Positions 11,471 to 23,510 of a stretch of DNA of 44,523 bases are shown in pieces. The notes under the pieces are model-generated. The model saw only the letters and a list, made by a program, of their open reading frames with translations, was not told the origin of the DNA and did no database searches. The position numbers and the translations under genes were made by a program. The DNA comes from Octopus bimaculoides (lineage: Eukaryota), in assembly GCF_001194135.2 (NCBI RefSeq), contig NC_068983.1, forward strand, positions 52,636,443 through 52,680,965, given 5' to 3'. How positions within the stretch are numbered: the stretch's first letter is position 1; the number at the start of each line of letters is the position of its first letter.

Positions 11471-11842
11471 GGTACATACACCAAAGAATTCAGGAAACCG
11501 GTTTTAGGAGCCTATGAGAAGGACCTTCGATTCTTTTTGGTATGTTCGGTATGGATAAAATTGACTTGAAGCAGACGACAAACAAAATCGGACCCAATCA
11601 AATTTGAACTCGAAGTTGACAATAACTTTGGCTTAGATCCCTCATAAGCCTTAGAACTCATAAGACCGGAACTGAACTCGGTTTCTGAAGCATATAAGGG
11701 ACTGAGATTACTTCTCCCAGCCCTGGACGTGACGCCAGTCCATCGCAGATTTAACTTCCCAATTACTGCTGGAACTTACTTCCAGCAGAGTAGCCAAAGA
11801 TATAAACGGCGCAAAAATGAACATCAATATTATTTTTCTGAA

Positions 11843-12310
11843 TCAAAGCAACGAGCTGGCAGAACAGTTAGCACACTGGACGAAATGCTTAGCTGTATTT
11901 TGCCCGTCGCTCCATTCTGAGTTCAAATTCCGCCGAAGTCGACCTTGCCTTTTATCCTTACGGGGTCGATAAAATAAGTACCAGCAGAGCTCTGGAGTCG
12001 ATGTAATTGATTTACCCCTACACCGCCCTCGAAACTGCTGGTCTCGTGTCAAAATTTGAAATCATTATTATTTTGCTGAATTAAGGCGACGAGCTGCCGG
12101 AATCGTTAGCACGCCGGGCAAAATTGCTGAGCGGCATTTTGTCTGTCCTTTCGTTCAAAGTTCAAATTCCGCCGAGCTCGTGTTTGCCTATCATCCTTTC
12201 AGATTTGATAAGTTAAGTTCCAGTTGAACACTGCGGTCGATTTAAACGATTTAATCCCCACTCCTTCGAAATTGCTGGCCTTGTATCAAAATTTGAAACT
12301 AATACTATCT
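11843..12310 (+). mobile_element. Two tandem SINE family B copies (tRNA-like head + Nin/Deu-like core)
   Basis: Copies at about 11843-12070 and 12082-12310. Each has AGCTG..GAA..GTTAGCAC, GAGTTCAAATTCCGCCGA, GCCTTT.ATCCTT.CGGGGTCGATAA..TAAGTACCAG and a CAAAATTTGAAA tail. Confidence 0.85.
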
Positions 12311-12944
12311 TTGCTGAATGATGCAGTTAATTGAAGCAATTTTTTCTGTATTACTGGCATTTCATTTTGTCACTGTGACCACCACCACCACCACCACCAC
12401 TACATCCACCAAAAGATGAAAAATAAATCCGGCTCCGATTGATTTAAAACTCAGACAATAGAAGAATAGCAATAAATCTTGTAATACGTTATTAAGTTAT
12501 GCTGTTCTGTTTAATGCGTTATTGTTTGTGTCAACGCTGACTAAGGAGAATCAGGATTCAAACCATTAACATTGCTAGGTTGAGGCGAGGGGGGAGGTCC
12601 CCTCAGGGCGACGTCTTTATAGGAACAACACTTTTGGTTCTGCTGAATAAGCTAGGATTGGCTTTGGCGCCCGGAGGCGGCACGTTCAAAGTCTTCCACG
12701 AGCGGAGCACACTCTAGCTGTGCCACAGATCCAAAGCCACTTTTTTTTTTTTTTTTTTGGTAGGAAGTAAGATGTATCTGCTAGAATACTATTCATTACA
12801 TCTCTCCTCTCCTTTTATTTATGATGACGTGTTATAATCTGAGGAGCATTTAGCTGATATTTCTAGCCTGTTAAACGACACTGTATAGAGATATCTTGGC
12901 TGGCTTATTGTAACACATGTAGTTCTTCTATATAACGAGCTCTT

Positions 12945-13145
12945 GAAGACGGTGAAGCCACAGAATCGTTAGCGGCATTTCGTCCGCCTTCGTGTTCTGA
13001 GTTCAAACTTCACTGAGGTCACCTTCGCCTCTCATCCTTTCGGAATCGATAAAATAAATACCAGTCATGTACTGAGATCGATGTAATCGACTAGCCTCCT
13101 TCCCCAAAATTTCAAGCTTTGTGCCTTGAGAAGAAAGAATACTAC
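12945..13145 (+). mobile_element. SINE family B
   Basis: GTTCTGAGTTCAAA, CATCCTTTCGG..TCGATAAAATAAATACCAG, GATCGATGTAATCGACT, tail TTGTGCCTTGAGAAGAAAGAAT. Confidence 0.8.
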
Positions 13146-14142
13146 TATGTCATGAATATTAACCCTAGCTTTCAAAAATTCTGATGAAGGTGACATTATT
13201 TTTTTTTATAGACAATTCTTCACCATTATTTCGCCTGTCATGTTTCACACAGATCTTTATTTCAAGTTTCTTTTCAATTATTTCCTGTGTATTAACTTAA
13301 AAGGAGATTATTTTCTTTTTTTCCAACAACTGCATTTCATAATAGCATTTCACAGGCGAATAAACAATATCTCGAACAATAGTTTTACTAATAACATGTA
13401 ATTACTCACACACCAATGTGTTTTAGCTGACACCGTTTCTCTCGAGCGTCTAACATCTAACATGTTTTGCGCTTTGCGCACTGGAAAAAACATCTTTGTT
13501 AAAAACGTTGACGGAGCGAAATAAAAATGTTACAAAAACATAATTAGTAAAAGGGTGCTGACAGCTTGAGCTGAATAAATTTAAAAGTTAATTTCTAGGT
13601 GGATGATAATACATTAAAAGACAAAATAGAAAGAAAGAAACAAGAGTCTTTCATCATTTTCTTAGCAATCGTAGTGTAATAAAAATCCGCTACACAATCT
13701 TTGATATTAAAAGAAGATATAAAAACAGAAAGACGACTAAATCCGTAAAATACAAACAAGGAATTAAAAAATTTTTTTTTCGTATTTCAAGTAAATATAT
13801 GAACGAATTTTCTTCAACTGGTGGCGATTTCCGTCGCATGAAGAAAAGTCCACGATTCAGTTACGATCCTTAGTTTGAAGGCGTTTTTTATTTGTTTGTT
13901 TGGGTGACAGGGTTAATTACTGTTTGGGAAGGAATACGTGAATGTGTTTACGGTTTGCTTCAAATCTCTTTTCGTTACTTGGTGAAGTAATATTAAGTTG
14001 GGATCTAGCTTTAACAAAAGATCATAGGTTTCTAACGAAAGAATACAGTCGCCTAAATCGAGTTCAATACTCGACAGGTGGGATGGTAAACAAAAATAAC
14101 CTAGTAGAATTCTCTAAATCCTTTTAGAATAGCACTATGTAG

Positions 14143-14455
14143 GTTTTGGCCCCTGTTCACACTTATGGTCATGAATGTTCGGTAATGATCGATAGAGTTT
14201 GATCGCGAATACAAGCGGCCGAAACAGGGTTCCTTTGAAGTATCTCTGGGATAACGTTACTCGATTGGTTGTATAGCTCGAAGATCAGGGATTCTCTCCA
14301 GTTCGTACCATTACATCTCTGCATTGATAGGCCACAGCTCCGGTACGAAGGACATATGGAATGCCCCCAAAAGAATCGCAAGACAGATTCTTCAACTGAC
14401 AGGAGATCTAGGATACCAAAAGCGAGATGGCTGGATATCTATGGCCTCAGTTAGT
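14143..14455 (+). pseudogene. RTE-clade LINE fragment, C-terminal part of RT
   Basis: Translation VLAPVHTYGHECSVMIDRV*SRIQAAETGFL*SISGITLLDWLYSSKIRDSLQFVPLHLCIDRPQLRYEGH then (shifted) RIARQIL. This matches the RTE pattern TYGxExW...RIQAAEMxFLRRIxGxTLLDR...QLRWxGH. Confidence 0.8.
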
Positions 14456-15227
14456 CACGCTTGGGAATTTAGTTCAATGACGGTTACTTCTGATAGGACC
14501 CATGGAGGATTAGGACTCTTCCACCACAACCCTCCCCACGAAAAGTGAGCAGCAGAAATGGATGGATTAATATTTTAAGAACCAATACAGCGTACTATTT
14601 TCATATCAAATGAAGGATAAGGTATCAATTTCTAATAGAATTGTCTCAGAGATACAGCAGTTTAAAGACACCATGAAAATGAATAGTTTTTAAGATTCAA
14701 TGGGGAAAGGTCTACGAGATTGATCAATTGGCTAAAGATAACAGCTAAATTGTCCTCAAATCACATCCTACTGTTTTTTTTATGGGAGGAATACATCTGA
14801 AAAATATGATCCTAGATAAATTTGCTCTGAAAAGACTCGATGGACTCACTTGGGAAACATTTAATCACAGATTTAATCAACCAGATTAGGATGATGTGGA
14901 GCTAACAAACAGCATTTTCTTGACGCGTTAGTTACGGAAATTGAGGTTCGATATCGATTATGCTTAAGAATATGAATAGTGGATAAATTTAGGATTAGCG
15001 CCGAAACCGAATTCACGTAAGGCAACATCGGTGCAATAATAGTTATTATACAGGAGGAATAGATTTGAACTTCAGTCATAATCTCTCTTCCGATTCAGTT
15101 CTTATAAGCATCTACTATCCGTTACTTCTGAGGTCAATACACAATCAATTGTGGTTTATCAAAAGACATGGATGTTACTGAGCATAAAATAAATCAGTGG
15201 TAAACTTATGCATAAAGGGCAAAAGGG

Positions 15228-15569
15228 TAAAGAGCCCCTTCAGTCATGAATGACCATGGGATTGCACCTAGAAAGTTATCTTCCGAGGCTCTAACTACTG
15301 AGCCATGCACCTTCACTTTACTGAGTTATGTGCCTTCACTTCACTAAGCCATACCTCTTCACTTCACTGAGAGACACGCCTTCACTTCACTGAGCTATCC
15401 GTCTTCACTTCCCTGAGCCACGCGCCTTCACTTCACTGAGCCATACGTCTTCACTTTACTGAACCATACGCATTCACTCCACTGAGTTATGCATCTTTAC
15501 TTCACTGAGCCATACACCTTCACTTCACTGAGCCACGCGCCTTCACTTCACTAAGCCATGCACCCTCAC
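15228..15569 (-). mobile_element. Internally deleted SINE (family D-like head) with 12 x 23-bp tandem array of its 5' terminus
   Basis: Units CACTGAGCCATGCGCCTTCACTT run from 15296 to 15569; the reverse complement matches the 5' end of the SINE at 11261-11281. The left part 15228-15288 is a different segment joined abruptly. Confidence 0.8.
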
Positions 15570-15696
15570 AGTGTATAAATGTAAGCAAATATTATTTAAG
15601 AATCTCTAAACCAGTGGGTCTTAATCTTTTTTATTTTGTGGTCCACGACAGATAAAGCACAAAAAACTCGACCGGCACATTTCCCATGGAAAGCTT

Positions 15697-15887
15697 CCCA
15701 TGGCGTGGTACCTTGGGCAAGTGTCTTCTAATATAGTTCCGTGCCGACCAAAGATTTGTGATTACATTTGGTAGATTTGGTAAGTAGACAGAAATTGAAT
15801 GAAGCCCGTCGTAATATGTATATACATACATACATATATATATATACACGATAAACTTTATTCTGTTTCCGTCTTCTAAATCTACTC

Positions 15888-15938
<51 letters not shown>

Positions 15939-15965
15939 CGTGTATGCGTATACATACATACATAC

Positions 15966-16024
<59 letters not shown>

Positions 16025-16237
16025 GGTGTATGTGTGTGTTTTGTGTTTGTCTATCGTCACACCTTTACGACCGATGTCGGTTTGTTTACGTCCAAGTGAC
16101 TGAGCGGTTTGGCGAAAGAGACCGATATAGTAAGTACCAGGCTTTAAAATAAGTACTGGATTCAATATGATCGACTAAACTCTTTGAGGCAGTACTCCAG
16201 CATAGCTGCAGTTCAATGACTGAGACGAAAAGAATAT
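15697..16237 (+). mobile_element. SINE family A (5'-truncated head, expanded internal microsatellite, tail)
   Basis: GGTACCTTGGGCAAGTGTCTTCT...GAAGCCCGTCGT at 15707-15812; tail CCGATGTCGGTTTGTTTACGTCC...GACTGAGAC at about 16070-16230. Confidence 0.85.
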
Positions 16238-16544
16238 AAAAAATAAATTAAAATTTAATAAAAGATAACATAAAGATGGGGGTTTTTTTACCGTTTTTTA
16301 TTGTATTAATCCTAATTATAAATAACATGATTATGAATAACATGTTTATCAAAACGCTCAGACATTTCTATAGATTTTCCAAAGGCTGGAATTCTATTTT
16401 TGATGCACTTGATACTCCTTACGGCAATTGTTTGCGAAACAATGCTGGAAGCCATATGCTTCATGGATAAAACGGAAATGGTAATCAAAGGCACTCGATT
16501 GAAATTCTTCCTTTCTGCATGAAATATTACTAAATACTCCCAGA

Positions 16545-16608
16545 CATGTATTTATCTGTCTGTATGCCTTTCTGCCTGTCTGTCTAGCTAGCTAGCTGTC
16601 TGTCTATG

Positions 16609-16674
<66 letters not shown>

Positions 16675-17588
16675 GCCAGCTAGCTAGCTAGCTATTTATT
16701 TATCTGTCTACCTACATATCTATCGATCGATTTATTTATATGTGTATATATGTATGTGAACATCTATCTATTTATACACCTATCTATCGACCTATCTATT
16801 TATTGATCGATCTATTTCTATGTGTGTGTGCGCATGCGTATATATGTATGCATCTATCTGTTTATATGTGTACGGGCGCGTGTGTATGTCTGTGTGTCTG
16901 TCTGTATATGTATTATAGAGATAAATAGATACATGCATGCACACATACATACATATATGGACAGGAAAACATCTATGCTTATATGTGGTTTTGTGCGCAT
17001 GCGTATAGGCATGTGTGTATATGAGTGAGCGTGTGCATTTATACTTACTTTCCCTCTCTTGCATTTGTAGAAGGTTTATAATTTACAAACGAGAGAAGTA
17101 TAATAAACTAAGTGAAAGTCAATTGGCTGCCTTGTTTATCAGCCATTTGCAAATCCCGCTTTTTCTTTTTGCTCGTTCCATTAACGCAATTCTCAATGCA
17201 CCATTCTAAGTATCTGCATGCCACAAAGCCGTTGTGTTTGTGTTTGAGTTTATATAATTAATGCTGTTTGATGCTAAATTCTTCGGAGTTTATCATCATA
17301 AATTATTGCTTCCATTTTGTGGTAGGACATTTTTTTTTAAATTCTATAAGCATCTAATTTGTTATATTAAATTATTACTTCTCCCTGTTGCAGCCTATAC
17401 GAGAACATTTCAATTGACTTAGCAAATATTTGCAAAAATTTTTCCACAGCTCATCATAAATTTTACTCGGTCAGCTGAAAACGAATTTTCATGTTTGAAG
17501 ATTATCACTGATTTTGGAAAGAGGCTCTTAAACCACATCATGCGTACATACGTGCATACAGACATACATACATACATACGTACATACA

Positions 17589-17620
<32 letters not shown>

Positions 17621-18026
17621 CACAAGCATACACCTACGTGTGAATATATATGTACACATAATTAACACACACAGAGACATGTATATATAGACATATATAT
17701 ATGCATACACACACATTCATATTTGTGTATATGCGTGTGTATGCATATATACATATACAAATAAATATAAATATTCACACACACACATATATATATATAC
17801 ACATACACATATATATATATTGCATATACATATATATATATATGTGTGTGTGCATATATACACATATATATATATATATAGACAGACTGACAGACAGACA
17901 GATAGATAGATAGATAGATANNNNNNNNNNATACATATATATATATATGTATATACATATATATATATATGTGTGTGTGCATATATACACATATATATAT
18001 ATATATAGACAGACTGACAGACAGAC

Positions 18027-18099
<73 letters not shown>

Positions 18100-18100
18100 T
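16545..18100. repeat. Two large compound microsatellite fields ((TATC)n, (TG)n, (TACA)n, (TA)n, (AGAT)n)
   Basis: Fields at about 16545-17030 and 17530-18100, separated by unique AT-rich DNA. Confidence 0.9.
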
Positions 18101-18599
18101 AATGTGAGTGTATAGTGATAAAATTATCCAGGCGAGTACCGTGGTAGCTGTCAGGTATATTCCAGACTAAAGCTAACCTCATTGAATAGTATAACAAATA
18201 GTAAATGAGTATATGCATATATACGTACAGGTATGTGCATACCGACATCCACCTGTATGTATAGGTGCATATCTGGGTACAGGACATTGCAAACAAAACG
18301 TAGACGAGAAAACACACAAGCCACATAGAGAACATTCTACTTCATAAGCTACCCCCGTTTTAACACCGGCGTTTCGAAGATATATATATATATATACACA
18401 TACACACGACAAACTTTATTCAAAGTAGAAACAGTACTGTACTGTACTGTATATTTTTTTTATTATTTTTATAATTTGTATATATTCATTTTATTATAAA
18501 TGCAAAACAACACCACAGAGGAATCGATGTAAGCTTAAATGATAAACTGCGATAGGCAAATCGTGATATGGCGAGAGATTACTGTATATATCAGGAAAG

Positions 18600-19150
18600 A
18601 GATACTACCACTCGAATTATCGCAGAAAAATTCTTCGCCTCTGTTTCTAGAATTGCTTTATGGATGCAACCCCGTAGACTTGATGCACACGGTCAAACTT
18701 ATCAGATTACTTCAAAGATCTCAAAAAGCCTTTCTACCAATCTTTCACCGCCGAATTCCAAGAGTTTGTGTGGTTTGTTGACTTTTGACATTTACTTAAC
18801 GTCGAACTTCAAGAATGCTTCAAGAGAAACCTCAGAATTTCTAGTCTTTGATTAATGAAATCGACCGCATTATCAATGAAATTAATACCAACCTTAAAAT
18901 ACTCACGCCATCGGAAAAGTTTACGATTGCTTTCTTCCAGAATGCTCGAATCATCAGAAGATAGAACACACGAACAATTTTCTAGAGAGCCAAATATCTG
19001 GAGATCTTCATAGAAAGCCTTTGAGACTTTCTTATTCAATTCTTGGATTCTAGCAGTCATACATGACCACCAATCTCCAATCCCCCGAGGGCAGTTTGCA
19101 CCTGTTTTTGCATATTTTATATGCATCATATTTGATAAAGGTGCGTTTAT
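18600..19150 (-). pseudogene. Degraded RTE-like LINE fragment (endonuclease-RT linker / RT start)
   Basis: Minus-strand SILEESNRKLFRWREYFK (about 18900-18950; cf. IL.RWxEYF) followed by KLLEFGGERLVERLFEIFEVI* (about 18700-18770; cf. ExLKxGG..L...L..LF..IW). Confidence 0.55.
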
Positions 19151-19482
19151 CATTGATCTGTGGATGAAACGAAGAATCTCGTCAGCAGTAAAAAATAATG
19201 TCTGCCAGGCTGAAGTCTTTTCTACTCTCCTGCTCTGATCAGAATTTTGAATGCCCTATCGAAAACATACCAACCAGACTGATGTCTTTTTATATATGGC
19301 GTTTACAGACCATTTACGGATACAGGCTGAATGACAGGATTATAAATATTGAACTATTCTCTAAATGTAAAATCGGTGATATTGAATACTCTTTTTTTGC
19401 AATTCTGTTGTGTCGACGCCCCCAAGCGAAGAAGTAGGCTCGACCAAGACATATAAATAGAGGCAGTCTGACCGTGGTAGGA

Positions 19483-19557
19483 GTTGACTGACGGTTGACT
19501 GACAGTTGAGTAGCTGCCGTATAGTGGTTGAGTAGCTGTCGTATAGTGGTTGAGTAG
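19483..19557. repeat. Short hierarchical tandem repeat: 2 x 11 bp then 2.4 x 22 bp
   Basis: GTTGACTGACG, GTTGACTGACA, then GTTGAGTAGCTGCCGTATAGTG, GTTGAGTAGCTGTCGTATAGTG, GTTGAGTAG. Confidence 0.85.
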
Positions 19558-19983
19558 AGATCATCCGAAGGTGCTAGATAGCAGTAGCTTGAGACATAAC
19601 AAATTCCAATTAAGATAGGATGATCATGTCATCAGACTGATACTCAGCAGAATTCCTAAAGTCCTTATGCATAGCCAGAAACATTTGGAAAACCTGCATT
19701 GAATCGCAATGAATGAAGGTTAGCTTGCCATATGAAACTATTAAACTAGCAGTTAAGCCACCTGGGTCGTCTTAAGGAATCCAAAGTAAAGACAATGTCA
19801 GGCTTCAGTTGCTTTATAGAACAAACCTCATTTATGTAGGATTTGCTTCGAAATCGTTAGCTAGATTCAAATTTCGTAAAAAAAGATATGGATAACAGAA
19901 CATAAAAGTGGTTGTCGGACCCTCATACAACGAAACCAACGGAGATATCCATGATATGTGTACATCCATCCATCCACACCCAA

Positions 19984-20020
<37 letters not shown>

Positions 20021-20180
20021 CACACATACACACATATATAAGTATGAATATATGTATATATATATGTATATATGTACCTACACATCTATATATACACAGA
20101 CGCGGGCGCTCACACACACATACACACACATGTGTGTATGAATGTGTGTATATGTGCGTGATTGTGTGTGTGTATGTGTG

Positions 20181-20363
20181 TACTTTATTCTTTTATTCTC
20201 TTTACTTGTTTTAGTCAGTTGACTGCGGCCTTGCTGGAGCAGCGCTTTGAAAGGTTTGAGTCGAACAAATCGACTTCCAGGACATATTTCTTAAGCCTAG
20301 AATTATTCTACGATCACTTTTGCCACACTGCTAGGTTACGGTGATGTAAACACAGACACAAAG

Positions 20364-20365
<2 letters not shown>
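20181..20365 (-). mobile_element. SINE family A 3' module
   Basis: Reverse complement of the 4650-4867 tail (TTTACTTGTTT.AGTCA.TTGACTGCGGCC.TGCTGGAGC). Confidence 0.85.
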
Positions 20366-20430
<65 letters not shown>

Positions 20431-21040
20431 GGAAAATGAAAAAAAGCCAAAATGCTGAACTGGAAGCATAATTTAATAAAGATTTTTTCTAACCGGTTTT
20501 CATTGCGAAGAAGCAAATTATCAAGAAGAAGGAGAATGAAAATGTTTTTTTACTAAGAAGTACAAAATGAAGAAAATAATATATAAAACAATAATATATA
20601 AAAAAATTAATATACCCATACATTATATTGTCTTTGAGCTTTTGTAGTTCAATAGTAGTTCATGTATAAATTGGTAGGAAAAATAAGGATGCATGAGGGT
20701 TGAGAGTTTTGTTAGGTTTAAAAAAAGGGTTNNNNNNNNNNNNNNNNNNNNNNNNNNNNNNNNNNNNNNNNNNNNNNNNNNNNNNNNNNNNNNNNNNNNN
20801 NNNNNNNNNNNNNNNNNNNNNNNNNNNNNNNNNNNNNNNNNNNNNNNNNNNNNNNNNNNNNNNNNNNNNNNNNNNNNNNNNNNNNNNNNNNNNNNNNNNN
20901 NNNNNNNNNNNNNNNNNNNNNNNNNNNNNNNNNNNNNNNNNNNNNNNNNNNNNNNNNNNNNNNNNNNNNNNNNNNNNNNNNNNNNNNNNNNNNNNNNNNN
21001 NNNNNNNNNNNNNNNNACATATATATATATATATATATAT

Positions 21041-21198
21041 ACGACGGGCTTCTTTCAGTTTCCGTCTACCAAATCCATTCAAAAGGGTTTGGTCGATCCG
21101 AGGCTATAGTAGAAGACACTTGCCCAAGTTGCTACGCAGTGGGACTGAACCCGGAACCATGTGGTTGGGAAACAAGCTTGTAACCACACAGCCATACC
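21041..21198 (-). mobile_element. SINE family A head/core
   Basis: ACGACGGGCTTCTTTCAGTTTCCGTCTACCAAATCC...GACACTTGCCCAAG...GGGACTGAACCCGGAACCATGTGG...ACCACACAGCCA is the reverse complement of 4433-4593. Confidence 0.92.
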
Positions 21199-22245
21199 AG
21201 TGTGTTTATATTTGTGTGTATGTGTGTGTGTGTGTGCGTATGCGTGTGCGTGTGCGTGTGCGTGTGCGTGTGTGTGTGTGGGTGTGGGTGTGTGATTAGA
21301 AATAGAGACAGAGACAGAGAAAGAGAATGAAAGAATGTGGAACCTAAGATAGAGTACTAAATAACGTGGTAGAGGACCATAATTTATTCCGACCAAATCA
21401 AATGGTTGTTTCTCCAGTTTTTTCCATGGTGGCCGGTCGACTATTTTCTTCCCTGAATCAGTAAGGATGGGTGGTTCGATAAATAGGTCACTACAGGAAA
21501 CTCTAGAGCAACACCCAACTGATTCGGTGAAAATAAGCTATACGCATGTGCTTGCCTTTATGCATGTGTATGAACGTATACCTACACATACATACAAACG
21601 CGTGTGTCTGTGCGTGTGCGTATGTAGTAACGCTTAGATGTTGTTTGCTTCACATTCGCAAGTGAGTAATACACTTGGTTAAATCACATAGCCATTTATT
21701 CAGATATTGAGCTTCATAAAGCACTTTGTAATTCTGTTACTAATGTATATTTCGAATTTCCAATAAAACCAGAGTATTTTTTTTAAATTTCTGTATTTTA
21801 TTGTGCAGATATCGACTCCAGATTCTGCATAAAATAAATTGTGGTGTATCATATTTTATTTTATTTTAAATTTTCCATTCTCTCACTTTTTTTTCCATGC
21901 TCATCAGTTTGGTTTTCTTCTTTGTAATCTATATATTTATTCATTGGAGCTTCATGTGTTTATAGATGTGATGTAGAATCGGTAAATATCTTGTCAGAAT
22001 TATTGATAAAAATGTGTAACTATTCCTCTCGGAATGCAATTTGTTTACTTTTTAAAGTGTGCATGAGCTATTATGACATGTTAGGGTTCCGATAAGGAAA
22101 CATGGGAAAAATATTTCACCTTGTTCTTTCATTACTACGCGCATACAACATCGTCCGTAGATAATAATAGTGATGCTGTGTCATGTTGCCAACACTTTCG
22201 AAAAGGCAGAGTCGGTATTAATTGACTTCAACACATGACCAGCTT

Positions 22246-22382
22246 GTGGATGTGCGTGGCTTAGTGGTTATAGGTGTTGAATTCATAATCATAAGATTGT
22301 GGTTTCGGTTCCTGGATCGGGCGATGCGTTGTGTTCTTGAGCAAAACACTGTATTTCCCGTTCCTGCAGGCTACTCAGCGAA
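22246..22382 (+). mobile_element. SINE family D, 3'-truncated
   Basis: GTGGCTTAGTGGTTA..GTGTTG..TTCAT.ATC.TAAGATTGTGGTTTCG.TTCCTGG...TGTGTTCTTGAGCAAAACAC. Confidence 0.8.
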
Positions 22383-22689
22383 CATAAATTTGTAATATCA
22401 TGAAAGCACCACAGGCCTGACAAGTCGGCAATAGATGCTGAATCTGTCTAAAAAAAAAACAACAAACAAAAGGAAACCTTTGGACTGACGGGCCATAGCC
22501 CTACCCTGGAGTTGGGTATTAACTCCTTTTTTTATTACCCAACCGTCACTTATTTTCTCTCTCACTTGAATCTTCAACACTCGTTCACCATAATTAATTA
22601 CAACTTTAATCTACATGCCTACGAAGATGTTTGTGAACTCGTTTGGAAAGTTGGATCTCGAAGCAAACAAAGTTGTCAATAATGCTGTT

Positions 22690-22902
22690 TAAATATTGAT
22701 TTTAAACTTTGGCACAAGGCCAACAGTTTTGGGAGAGGGAGTTAGTCGATTACATCGACCCCAGTACTCAACTTGTACTTATTTTATCGACCCCGAAAGG
22801 ATGAAAAGCAAAGTCGACCTCAGCGGAATTTGAACTCAGAACGTGAAAACGGATGAAATACCGGTAAGCATTTCGCTTGGCATGCTAACGATTTTGCTAG
22901 CT
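22690..22902 (-). mobile_element. SINE family B lacking its first ~10 nt
   Basis: Full Nin-like core on the minus strand; the head starts at AGCT (22899-22902). Confidence 0.88.
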
Positions 22903-23050
22903 GTGTGCCTTGGGTATGTGCTGTGGTTTGCTGTGATGCTCTTATGGTTAATGTATTGAAAGTGTTTTGCGTAGGATGTGTGCAGTGCCCAGTAGTGCAA
23001 TTTTCTGTATGTTATATATATTTGTAAGTCCTGGTGTTTTTGTTATGTAT
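22903..23050 (-). mobile_element. 3' end of an R4/Dong-like LINE (restriction-like endonuclease C-terminus + partial 3' UTR)
   Basis: YSDKYITKTPGLTNIYNIQKIALLGTAHILRKTLSIH* matches the (L/I)QKxALLGTAxILRxxL terminus of RLE-bearing R4/Dong elements. Confidence 0.85.
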
Positions 23051-23510
23051 TTGTCTGAATATCTTTTTATCTCTTTCTCTCCCACCCCCTCTTTTTCTCC
23101 CACCTCCCTCTCTTTCTCTCCCGCCCCTCTCTCTCTCTTTCTCTCTCTCTCTNNNNNNNNNNNNNNNNNNNNNNNNNNNNNNNNNNNNNNNNNNNNNNNN
23201 NNNNNNNNNNNNNNNNNNNNNNNNNNNNNNNNNNNNNNNNNNNNNNNNNNNNNNNNNNNNNNNNNNNNNNNNNNNNNNNNNNNNNNNNNNNNNNNNNNNN
23301 NNNNNNNNNNNNNNNNNNNNNNNNNNNNNNNNNNNNNNNNNNNCTCTCTCTTTATCCCCCATCTCTCTCTTACTTTCCCACCTTTCTCTCCCACCTCCCT
23401 CTCTTTCTCTCCCGCCCCTCTCTCTCTCTTTCTTTCTCTCTTTTTTTCTCTCTTTCTCTCGCTCTTTCTCTCTTTCTCTTTCTCTTTCTCTCTTTCCCCT
23501 TCTCTCTGGA
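23051..23510. repeat. CT-rich low-complexity repeat with gap
   Basis: (CT)n variants with N run 23153-23343; the unit CTTTCTCTCCCACCTCCCTCTC appears on both sides. Confidence 0.9.

Noticed and set aside
12560-12730. GC-rich patch ending CTAGCTGTGCCAC, resembling a hAT-type MITE end; similar hints at about 15612 and 24905
   Set aside because: No matching opposite TIR or TSD could be shown.
13159-13916. TTAACCCT ... AGGGTTAA as a piggyBac-like MITE; also orphan AAAGGGTTAA near 6976
   Set aside because: Only 4 bp beyond TTAA are complementary and no partner end was found for 6976; not distinguishable from chance.
15296-15569. Possible CRISPR array
   Set aside because: Units are contiguous with no unique spacers, there are no cas genes, the context is eukaryotic, and the unit matches a SINE 5' end.
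19560-19830. Possible extension of the RTE relic (FRNSAEYQSDDMIILS, like the SDH motif of APE)
   Set aside because: A single weak motif; too degraded to support.
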